A stretch of 64,000 nt of DNA, from assembly GCA_028282785.1 (NCBI GenBank), contig JANQHE010000024.1, positions 73,612-137,611 of the forward strand, in the 5' to 3' direction. This stretch comes from Bacteroidales bacterium. Its GTDB lineage: Bacteria > Bacteroidota > Bacteroidia > Bacteroidales > UBA12077. The notes beneath the pieces are model-generated. The model made no database searches. It was given only the letters and a program-made list of their open reading frames with translations, and was not told the origin of the DNA. Of this stretch, positions 10,843 through 19,089 are shown piece by piece (position 1 is the first letter of the stretch; every line of letters starts with the position of its first letter). The position numbers were made by a program, and so were the translations under genes.

Positions 10843-12048
10843 ATGAGTGATTTTTTAAATAAAGATAATAACATAGGAAAGATAAATATCGATTATTCCG
10901 AATTTTCACAAATTGAGAATGAAACAAAAGCAATAAACTCAATTAGTGAACTAAAAGAAGATGAAATAGAAACTTTACATTCAGTTGGGATCAATTTTCA
11001 AGATTACTCTGATACTGGAAAGTTTCTTATGTATGGAGTGGATGTTTTTTCATTAACTCCAAAAATTCCGGGAGTAGAAATAATTCCATTAAAAGCAGCA
11101 TTATTAATTTATCCGGAAATTAAAGAAAAGTATTATTTTAAAGCTGTTAATAAGGATCAGGATGAATTTACTAAAACAGCTTTTGAAAAAGAACAGAACG
11201 GATATTTTATCCATGTTAAAAAGAATGTTAAAGTAAAAGATCCATTACATACTGCATTGTTTATGCATCGGGAAATGAGTACCATGTGTATCCATAATAT
11301 TGTAGTATTAGAAGAAGGTGCGCAGCTACATTTAATTACCGGGTGTGCTTCTGGATGTACTATACAAGGAGGGTTACATATAGCTGTAAGTGAGCTATTT
11401 GTAGGTAAAGGAGCCAAATTAATTAGTACAATGATACATAACTGGGGCCCTGACTTCGTTGTGCAGCCCAGAACGGCAACTATAGTTGAGAAAAGTGGGA
11501 CATTTGTTAGTAATTATTATTCTGTAAAGCCTCCTAAAGTTATTCAAACTAATCCGTTTACCCACTTAAAAGGAAAAAATTCCAATGCAAAATACATGAC
11601 AGTAATTGCATCTTTACCAGATACCTATAACGATATTGGAGGAACGGTACTTATGGAGGGAGAAAATTCAGGTGCTGAACTTGTTGCAAGGGCTGTAAAT
11701 CATGGTGGTACAGTTATTCAAAATGGTTTATTAATAGGGGCCGCAAAAAATGCGAGAGCCCACGTCGATTGCTCGGGGTTAATGTTGAGCGATAGGGGTT
11801 ATATAGAAGCTATTCCCGGACTAAGAGCAGTACACCCTGATGCTCGCATGTCACATGAAGCCGCGATTGGCAAAATTGACATTGGAGAAGTAAATTATTT
11901 ACAGTCAAAAGGGTTAGATGAAATGCAAGCTATTGCACTAATAGTTAGAGGGTTTCTTGATATTGGGATTGAAGTAGAAGGGCTCGAACCTGAACTTGAA
12001 AAAACCATACAGGAAATTGCTGAACTTTCAGGGCATGGAGAAGAATAA
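10843..12048 (+). CDS. SufB/SufD-family Fe-S assembly scaffold protein
   Basis: C-terminal SHEAAIGKIDIGEVNYLQSKGLDEMQAIALIVRGFLD matches the SufB/D signature. The ORF track starts at TTG 10813. ATG 10843 follows an AGGAG and the sufC stop, so I prefer it. Confidence 0.75.
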   Translation: MSDFLNKDNNIGKINIDYSEFSQIENETKAINSISELKEDEIETLHSVGINFQDYSDTGKFLMYGVDVFSLTPKIPGVEIIPLKAALLIYPEIKEKYYFKAVNKDQDEFTKTAFEKEQNGYFIHVKKNVKVKDPLHTALFMHREMSTMCIHNIVVLEEGAQLHLITGCASGCTIQGGLHIAVSELFVGKGAKLISTMIHNWGPDFVVQPRTATIVEKSGTFVSNYYSVKPPKVIQTNPFTHLKGKNSNAKYMTVIASLPDTYNDIGGTVLMEGENSGAELVARAVNHGGTVIQNGLLIGAAKNARAHVDCSGLMLSDRGYIEAIPGLRAVHPDARMSHEAAIGKIDIGEVNYLQSKGLDEMQAIALIVRGFLDIGIEVEGLEPELEKTIQEIAELSGHGEE

Positions 12049-12076
12049 TTTAATAGCAGAATAAATATTATTAACA

Positions 12077-12697
12077 ATGAGAAATAAAATGAAATGTAGA
12101 CAAGAAGATCCAAGAGATTCTTCTTTACAAAAAACTAAGAGAAAACATGGACCGACAAGTACCCATTTACATTCTCCGGAAACAGTCTTTAAAGAAATAA
12201 AAATTTTAAACGGAGATATCTTTCTAGATATAGGGTGCGGAATAGGTGAGTATTCTATGTTTGCATCAAATTTAGTTGGGGAAGCAGGGAAAATTTATTC
12301 TCTGGATATTAATGAAGTGGTTATAGAAAATCTACAAAATGAGATCAGAGACAAAGGCATATATAATATGGAAGCTTTTGTTGCAGATATAACTGAAATA
12401 ATACCTCTGGAAGATCAGAGCGTTGATATATGCTTCATGGTTACTGTTTTACACTCAATTAATTTGAGCGAATATGAAGAAAAAATATTCAACGAAATTC
12501 GCCGAGTTTTAAAACCTAATGGTAGGTTAATTACGATTGATTGTAAAAAAGAACTGTCACATTTTGGCCCTCCTGCGCATTTAAGAATATCAGAAAAAGA
12601 ATTAATTGACATGGCGGCTAAATATAGTTTTAAAAATACAAACTATACCGACCTGACATATAATTATATGCTTCAGTTTGATGTGTTAAAACCATAA
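12077..12697 (+). CDS. class I SAM-dependent methyltransferase
   Basis: Motif I FLDIGCGIGEYS, post-I YSLDIN, motif III LKPNGRLI. 206 aa. Confidence 0.75.
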   Translation: MRNKMKCRQEDPRDSSLQKTKRKHGPTSTHLHSPETVFKEIKILNGDIFLDIGCGIGEYSMFASNLVGEAGKIYSLDINEVVIENLQNEIRDKGIYNMEAFVADITEIIPLEDQSVDICFMVTVLHSINLSEYEEKIFNEIRRVLKPNGRLITIDCKKELSHFGPPAHLRISEKELIDMAAKYSFKNTNYTDLTYNYMLQFDVLKP

Positions 12698-12711
12698 AAA
12701 TTGAATAGAAA

Positions 12712-14238
12712 ATGGCATACATTCAAAATTGGCAAGACAGAATCATTAAACAAGATGAAATTGAAAAATACTTGATTAATGGAAAAGATTTTATCGATGA
12801 GAATAAAATTACGACTCACTTAGAAACAAATAAAAATCCGGATAAAAATAAAATCAGGGATATAATCCAAAAAGCAATTTCAATTGAACGGCTTGAACCT
12901 AACGAAGTGGCATCACTTTTAAATGTTACCGATAATGAATTGTGGGAAGAAATATACGAAGCGGCAATTATTATTAAACGAAAAGTTTATGATAACAGAA
13001 TTGTATTTTTTGCTCCTCTCTACTGTTCTAACCTATGTGTTAATTCATGTTTGTATTGCGGATTTAGAAGAGAAAACGGTAAAATTGACCGCAGGTTACT
13101 TAACATGGAGGAAGTAAAAAACGAAACTCGTGCTATAACCAGGGTAGGACATAAAAGGATGATTATTGTTTTCGGGGAACATCAGTTTAGCGATATCGAT
13201 TATATGATAGAAGCTATCCAAAATGTTTACTCGGTTAAAGAGAAAGCTCAGAATAACGATAAAATGGGAGAAATTCGCAGGATAAATGTTAACGCAGCTC
13301 CTATGGAAATATCGAAACTTAAAAGGCTTTATAATGCAGGTATAGGAACCTACCAGGTTTTTCAGGAAACATATCATAAACCAACGTATAACTTGGTTCA
13401 TCCAAAAGGCATTAAATCAAATTATCGCTGGCGCCTTTACGCTCTTCACAGAGCTATGGATGCCGGAATTGATGACCTTGCAATTGGAGCGTTATTTGGG
13501 ATCTATGATTGGAAATTTGAAGTAATGGGATTACTTTATCACGCCATTGATTTAGAAAGACAATTTAACATTGGCCCTCATACCATTTCGTTCCCAAGAT
13601 TAACACCCGCTATTGATTCTGATTACAGCGCAAACTCCAAATACCTTGTTAACGATAATGATATGAAAAAACTTGTCGCTGTACTTCGATTAGCAGTACC
13701 TTATTCAGGATTAATCTGTACGGTAAGAGAAAAGCCGGATATCCATATGGAATTATTAAAGATAGGTTGTACACAGACCGATGCTTCCAGTAACATTGGT
13801 ATAGGCGGATATACGGAAGCGATGCAAAATGAAGCAATACATCAAAAAGAATATCTGAAAAATGGCAAGAATAAAGGTCAGTTTACTTTAAACGATAACA
13901 GAAGTTTAGATGAAATGATACGAGAAATAGCTAAACTTGGAATGATTTCTTCATTCTGCACAGCCGGTTATCGTTGTGGTCGTACAGGAGACAAAATAAT
14001 GAGTCTCTTAAAAACCGGTACCGAAGGTAAATTTTGTAAGTTAAATGCGGTACTTACATATAAAGAATTTTTAGATGATTATGCTTCGGAAGAAACACGT
14101 GTTATAGGTGAAAAGATAATTATAGATGAACTTGAGGAAATAGAGAAAATGCCATTTTATAAAAAAGGGAAACTATATAATAATTTCATTGAGAAGTACA
14201 TTAAAATTAGTGGTGGAGAAAGAGATATTTATATATAA
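12712..14238 (+). CDS. HydG-like (ThiH/HydG family) radical SAM tyrosine-lyase-type enzyme with C-terminal cluster domain
   Basis: RIVFFAPLYCSNLCVNSCLYCGFR (CX3CX2C at nt 13036-13059) and GHKRMIIVFGEH. C-terminal QFTLNDNRSLDEM...SFCTAGYRCGRTGDKIM...FCKLNAVLTYKEFLDDY parallels the HydG auxiliary-cluster domain. Confidence 0.8.
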   Translation: MAYIQNWQDRIIKQDEIEKYLINGKDFIDENKITTHLETNKNPDKNKIRDIIQKAISIERLEPNEVASLLNVTDNELWEEIYEAAIIIKRKVYDNRIVFFAPLYCSNLCVNSCLYCGFRRENGKIDRRLLNMEEVKNETRAITRVGHKRMIIVFGEHQFSDIDYMIEAIQNVYSVKEKAQNNDKMGEIRRINVNAAPMEISKLKRLYNAGIGTYQVFQETYHKPTYNLVHPKGIKSNYRWRLYALHRAMDAGIDDLAIGALFGIYDWKFEVMGLLYHAIDLERQFNIGPHTISFPRLTPAIDSDYSANSKYLVNDNDMKKLVAVLRLAVPYSGLICTVREKPDIHMELLKIGCTQTDASSNIGIGGYTEAMQNEAIHQKEYLKNGKNKGQFTLNDNRSLDEMIREIAKLGMISSFCTAGYRCGRTGDKIMSLLKTGTEGKFCKLNAVLTYKEFLDDYASEETRVIGEKIIIDELEEIEKMPFYKKGKLYNNFIEKYIKISGGERDIYI

Positions 14239-14346
14239 ATTCTTTTCTAATCAATTTATTATTGTGTTATTATAAGCTATTTGAACAGGAGAAATCACAA
14301 TTTTTATAAGGAAATTTTGGTTTTTAAAAAAAACTAATTATTTTTG

Positions 14347-14365
14347 TCAACCAATCGGTTGGTTA
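14347..14365. promoter_or_regulatory. candidate TetR operator, copy 1 (TCAACCAATCGGTTGGTTA)
   Basis: Imperfect palindrome 13 nt upstream of the tetR ATG. 17/19 identical to the copy at 14978..14996. Confidence 0.4.
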
Positions 14366-14377
14366 AAATAAATAAGT

Positions 14378-14959
14378 ATGCCAAAAATTGATGGATATTT
14401 AACAAAAGAAAAGATTTTAAATGTTGCTGAAAAATTATTTTCTGAAGTAGGTTACGATGCTGCAAGTATCAGCACAATATCAAAATTAGCAGGAATAAAT
14501 AAAGCAACAATATATTTTCATTTTAAAAATAAGCAGAGTGTTTTACACGAATTATTCTTTAATATGATTGAGCAAATGGAAAACAGGCTACTGCCTGTTG
14601 AAGAATCCGGGCTTAATTTAAAGGATAAACTTAGAAAAGAAATAGATTTTTTAAGGGAAAAGAAAGATATAATTTCTATTCTTTTAATGGAATCAATTAA
14701 GACCAACACCAGGGATGATTCACTTTTCCAGATTGCTTATTCAGAGATTTACAATAAAAAAAGCAGATTAACAGAATTAGCAAATTCTAAAAAGAACTTG
14801 TTCCTTGCTCATGAATTTTTTACCGGTTTTATACCAATATTAAACTTTGTTGTGCTTGAAGATAAGTACCGGAATTTTTTTAAGCTAGACGAAGAAAGTG
14901 TAATTGATAACTTTATCGATGTTATAATAAAGTCTCATTATAATACACATATCATATAA
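14378..14959 (+). CDS. TetR/AcrR family transcriptional regulator
   Basis: N-terminal HTH: ILNVAEKLFSEVGYDAASISTISKLAGINKATIYFHFKNK. Confidence 0.85.
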   Translation: MPKIDGYLTKEKILNVAEKLFSEVGYDAASISTISKLAGINKATIYFHFKNKQSVLHELFFNMIEQMENRLLPVEESGLNLKDKLRKEIDFLREKKDIISILLMESIKTNTRDDSLFQIAYSEIYNKKSRLTELANSKKNLFLAHEFFTGFIPILNFVVLEDKYRNFFKLDEESVIDNFIDVIIKSHYNTHII

Positions 14960-14977
14960 ATTTTTTTAAATTTTAAA

Positions 14978-14996
14978 TCAACCGAACGGTTGGTTA
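14978..14996. promoter_or_regulatory. candidate TetR operator, copy 2 (TCAACCGAACGGTTGGTTA)
   Basis: Lies between the tetR stop and the next gene. Contains the AACCG-AA-CGGTT palindrome. 17/19 identical to copy 1. Confidence 0.4.
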
Positions 14997-15010
14997 TAAA
15001 AAATAGCAAC

Positions 15011-15217
15011 ATGAAAAAAATAATAACAATCTTATTAATGATCTCAACGATAGGGATACTGTCAACAGGTATTGCAATACCTGAAGGTGATAACCCGGAT
15101 ACAGCATTATCAGAATTGCATAGTATATTATCTCTTCTATTTAGCATTTGTCTTTTTATACATGTAAAAAAACATTTTAAATCATTCATTCATTCTTTTA
15201 AAATCTTAAAAAGATGA
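15011..15217 (+). CDS. small membrane protein, unknown function
   Basis: The ORF track begins at TTG 14990. ATG 15011 gives MKKIITILLMIS... with two hydrophobic helices. The stop overlaps the next start. Confidence 0.4.
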   Translation: MKKIITILLMISTIGILSTGIAIPEGDNPDTALSELHSILSLLFSICLFIHVKKHFKSFIHSFKILKR

Positions 15218-15660
15218 ACGTATTAGTTAAGTCCCCCCCGCTATACTTTTTTGGGAGTATTTTTTTATGTTTGGTGGGTTATTTTATTATTCCATCAGCA
15301 AAGCTTTCTCTCTTCCCTTTTAATTTATTGGGTTTCTTACTTATTATATCCGGTTTAATAATCTTAAGGGGAGCCTCAATGATCTTTAATGAAAAAGGAA
15401 CCACTTTTATATTGGAAAAACCAACAAAACTTGTTAAGGAAAGATATTTTAGAGTAAGTCGAAATCCTATGTATTTGGGTAGCTTAATATTTATAGCAGG
15501 AATCTCTTTACTATTACCCAGCTTTATTGGATTTGCTTCAATTCTTCTGTTTTATTTAGCAATAAATTTTTTGTGTATCCCATCTGAAGAAAAGTTAATG
15601 GAGAAAACATTTGGGAGCGAATATCTTGATTATAAAAAAAATGTACGAAGATGGATTTAA
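15214..15660 (+). CDS. isoprenylcysteine carboxyl methyltransferase (ICMT)/phospholipid methyltransferase family membrane protein
   Basis: 4 TM segments. VSRNPMYLGSLIF and C-terminal EEKLMEKTFGSEYLDYKKNVRRW are typical of this family. Confidence 0.7.
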   Translation: MNVLVKSPPLYFFGSIFLCLVGYFIIPSAKLSLFPFNLLGFLLIISGLIILRGASMIFNEKGTTFILEKPTKLVKERYFRVSRNPMYLGSLIFIAGISLLLPSFIGFASILLFYLAINFLCIPSEEKLMEKTFGSEYLDYKKNVRRWI

Positions 15661-15926
15661 AAACAAAAAACGAACTTAAAGAAATGGATACCGAAATAAC
15701 GGATCTACCCATAATTGATTTGAGAAAATGTAGCGGGTGCAACAAATGTATAATTGCATGCGATCACAATGCTTTAGAATTAATTGATATTAATAAAGAG
15801 AGAAATAAACATGGTTTTTTCGCATGGAAAAAACTTAAAGCTGTTATAAAATATCCTATAAATTGCATTGGGTGTAAAGCTTGTTACTCAGTATGCAAGC
15901 ATAAAGCAATAAAATTTAAAAATTAA
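15651..15926 (+). CDS. 4Fe-4S dicluster ferredoxin-domain protein
   Basis: Two CxxCxxCxxxC-type motifs: CSGCNKCIIAC and CIGCKACYSVC. Confidence 0.8.
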   Translation: MDLKTKNELKEMDTEITDLPIIDLRKCSGCNKCIIACDHNALELIDINKERNKHGFFAWKKLKAVIKYPINCIGCKACYSVCKHKAIKFKN

Positions 15927-15937
15927 AATACGGAAAA

Positions 15938-16687
15938 ATGAAAACAGCAAGAAATTTAATAATTATTATTTGTATGATGATGACAACAATTAATATTTAC
16001 TCAAACGAATTATCTGATACGTTGAGTTTGGAAAAAGCTATTCAGATTGGTATGAATAAGAATTGTACCGGGAACGACACAGTAGATTTGGCCAAAAATG
16101 AAACTGAACTAATTACGGAAATTTATTCCAAATATTACTCTGTACTTTTTAACCAGGTATGTTATTCCTCAATAAAAAGAACAAAAGAATATATTGATAG
16201 CATAATAATAAGAAAAAATATAAAAGAGGAAGACAGGGAACTACATAATTTAAATATTCAGTCAATTAGAATTAATATATTTATTTTATTGCACAAGCAA
16301 CGAGAAAAAATAAACGAATCTAAGATCCAATTATGCAAAATATTAGGAATAGATAATTATTATGATGTTTATCTGTCTGATTTTTTTGAAGGCAACTATG
16401 TTATTATTGATTCGCTTCCTGCTTATAATGGGTATAAAGAAAATGATTTAGTATTCAAAAAAAAGAAGGAGGATTATAATAGCCAGATTTCTTTATTGCA
16501 GCTTTTAAGTTTAAAAAAGAAGATATCAAAAGAAAAATTAGAGATTCAACTTGAAAAAGACAAACTGAATTATTCCGGATTACAAACTGCAGTCGAAAAC
16601 TACATAACTGAGCAACTAAAGTATCTTTCACACTTAATGGAATTGAAAGAGTTGTATGCTGCTTTATTAAAGCCGCTAATATTATAG
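15938..16687 (+). CDS. TolC-like outer-membrane efflux protein, roughly half normal length
   Basis: Signal peptide followed by LSLEKAIQIGMNKN, a typical TolC-family opening. Coiled-coil-like remainder. Only 249 aa. Confidence 0.4.
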   Translation: MKTARNLIIIICMMMTTINIYSNELSDTLSLEKAIQIGMNKNCTGNDTVDLAKNETELITEIYSKYYSVLFNQVCYSSIKRTKEYIDSIIIRKNIKEEDRELHNLNIQSIRINIFILLHKQREKINESKIQLCKILGIDNYYDVYLSDFFEGNYVIIDSLPAYNGYKENDLVFKKKKEDYNSQISLLQLLSLKKKISKEKLEIQLEKDKLNYSGLQTAVENYITEQLKYLSHLMELKELYAALLKPLIL

Positions 16688-16852
16688 AATTATAACCTGT
16701 ATTTACAAATTCGGGTTTTTATCGGAAAGAATATATATTATCGCAAGAAAACAAGGATTATAATTCAGAGTGGCAGTACATTTAAAAGTACTAAAATCAT
16801 CTTATAATTAGGATGGTATATTTAAAGGAAAAAAGTAGAAGTTAATCTGCAT

Positions 16853-17254
16853 TCAAACTACAATTAAATTCTTAAACGTATCATAACTAATAGGTAGGTT
16901 TAATAAATGATAAGCACCTTTCATGGTTGAACAAATTTTTCTGTTGGGCAATTCAAGACAGAAAATTTGTAAATAAGCAGTTTCGATTGGAGAATTTACT
17001 ATATAAACAACGCATTCCAAATTATCCAATTCACAATACTTATAGACTAACTCTAATAATTCTCTAAACATGGATTCTTTTAAATCAAACTTACAACCTC
17101 TTAAATCGACAATTTGATATCGTATTTTTGAGAAATTTTTATCTTCCCGAATTAATTTAGCTAGTTCGAATAATTCCTTAAAAGTTTTATACCCGGGATT
17201 AAAAATCGCAACTCCAAAATTTAAAACCGGGTATATTTTATATTCATAATCCAT
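16853..17254 (-). CDS. hypothetical protein (last gene of the MarR-ABC unit)
   Basis: 133-aa ORF with an ATG start, 36 nt downstream of the ABC gene. I recognise no family. Confidence 0.45.
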   Translation of the reverse strand: MDYEYKIYPVLNFGVAIFNPGYKTFKELFELAKLIREDKNFSKIRYQIVDLRGCKFDLKESMFRELLELVYKYCELDNLECVVYIVNSPIETAYLQIFCLELPNRKICSTMKGAYHLLNLPISYDTFKNLIVV

Positions 17255-17290
17255 GTAATCTCATTTAAACCTGTTCTTTGTAAATACTAT

Positions 17291-19039
17291 TTAATGGATG
17301 GCTACAGGTTTGTTCAATCTGATTTGATCTGTTTTTTCTTCAGAATACCATAAATTAAAATACAAACCTTTATTGAGTAATAATTCTTCGTGTTTCCCGC
17401 TTTCCATAATTTTACCATTGTTTAATACGATAATTTGGTCTGCATTTTTTATGGTTTTTAAATGATGAGCGATAACAATTACAGTTCTTTCTTGCACAAG
17501 ATTGGAAATAGCCATCTGTAAATTTCTTTCATTTATAGGATCAATATTACTTGTGGCTTCATCCAGAATAAGAATCGGAGCATCTTTGATCAAAGCCCTT
17601 GCAACGGATAAACGTTGTTTTTGGCCTCCCGATAAACCAGCGCCTCCTTCTCCTAACATGGTATCATATTGTTGAGGTAGTGTCATTATAAAATCATGGA
17701 TCATTGCTTTTTTTGCTGCTTGAATAACCTGTTGTTTTGTCGCTGATTTATTTCCTATTTTTATATTCTCATATATCGTGTCCGATAATAAAACCACGTT
17801 TTGCATAACAATGGAGATATTAGATAATAAACTATTATATTCTATATCTCTAAGTTCCGATCCTCCAATTTTGATGGTTCCATTATTAATATCCCAAAAT
17901 CGGAGTAAAAGATTTGTAATGGTTGATTTTCCGGAACCGGAAGGGCCAACCAAAGCAATCATTGATTTTTCAGGAATATTTATTGAAATATTGTTAAGAG
18001 AGAATCCATCATTCTCGTAAGAAAAACAAACTTCATTAAATTGGATGTCCGAACTTACAGGGAAACTTGATGTTCCTTCGTTTTTTACTTCCGGGGAGTC
18101 TTTTATTTTACAAATTCTTGCATAACTATCTCTGGCAGTAATGTATAAAAGCCAATGTTTATCTGCTTGATAGAAGGGTTTATAGAATTCAAGCCCAAGT
18201 ACAATAAACAAAAGAAAATGAAAGATCTCAATTTGATGTGTCCAGACTAACAATGCGCCTATGGAAATAATAAACAGATAGCTTAACTCTAAAAACATAA
18301 AATAACTTCCGGTTATTCTTGCGGTAATTTTTGCTGTTTTATAAGAACTCCCACTTAAATCATTAATAGAACTATTTAATTTATTTATAAACCCGGGATT
18401 TTCATAGAATGATTTTAGAACCGGGATTCCTTTTGTATATTCAACAAATAAACTTGCCATATCAGCCAATTTATTTTGACTTTTGGTATTTATTTTTTCT
18501 GTTTTTTGAGTACCCTTTATTAATATAAAAATCCCGAAAGGCAAGAATGCTATCATAGCTAATCCAAGTTTCCAATTAAAAATAAACAGTGCTGTTCCTA
18601 AAATTAACGAAGTAATTATATCTGCAGAAATTCTGGTCCATAAATGACCTACAATTCCCTCAATATTATTTACGTCCTTATGTATTATGGTACCTATTTC
18701 ACCGATCCGCTCTTTAGAAAAAAACTCAAGCGAGAATTTCTTTAATTTAAGCAACATATCTTTTCTAATTCTTTTAGATATTCTAAAACCTGCATAATGT
18801 TCAAATAAATCAGCTGTACAATCGCAAATAGCACGAAATATAATTAAGCCACCTATATAAAACCAATAAAAATTAAGTTGTGTGTTCACAGTCGAGCCAG
18901 GAGATATATTTTTTATTAGCTTTAGGATTATTAATACCAGGGCAACACCGGCAAGGCCTTTCAGTACGAATAGAAAACTTGCTGAAAACAAATATAATTT
19001 TTCTTTTGGCTGTATTTCTTTAAATATTTTGGTTTTCAT
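17291..19039 (-). CDS. ABC transporter permease/ATP-binding protein (exporter half)
   Basis: 6-TM domain. GPSGSGKST, LSGGQKQR, ILILDEATS, IAHHLKT. Confidence 0.9.
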   Translation of the reverse strand: MKTKIFKEIQPKEKLYLFSASFLFVLKGLAGVALVLIILKLIKNISPGSTVNTQLNFYWFYIGGLIIFRAICDCTADLFEHYAGFRISKRIRKDMLLKLKKFSLEFFSKERIGEIGTIIHKDVNNIEGIVGHLWTRISADIITSLILGTALFIFNWKLGLAMIAFLPFGIFILIKGTQKTEKINTKSQNKLADMASLFVEYTKGIPVLKSFYENPGFINKLNSSINDLSGSSYKTAKITARITGSYFMFLELSYLFIISIGALLVWTHQIEIFHFLLFIVLGLEFYKPFYQADKHWLLYITARDSYARICKIKDSPEVKNEGTSSFPVSSDIQFNEVCFSYENDGFSLNNISINIPEKSMIALVGPSGSGKSTITNLLLRFWDINNGTIKIGGSELRDIEYNSLLSNISIVMQNVVLLSDTIYENIKIGNKSATKQQVIQAAKKAMIHDFIMTLPQQYDTMLGEGGAGLSGGQKQRLSVARALIKDAPILILDEATSNIDPINERNLQMAISNLVQERTVIVIAHHLKTIKNADQIIVLNNGKIMESGKHEELLLNKGLYFNLWYSEEKTDQIRLNKPVAIH

Positions 19040-19089
19040 GATATATTAGATTTTGTAAAGTATTATGTTTTCCAATTTTATTTTGAGAT

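Noticed and set aside
12712-14238. Calling this gene thiH (thiamine biosynthesis)
   Set aside because: The protein has the extra C-terminal Cys-containing domain characteristic of HydG, which ThiH lacks. No thiG/thiS/thiF genes are nearby.
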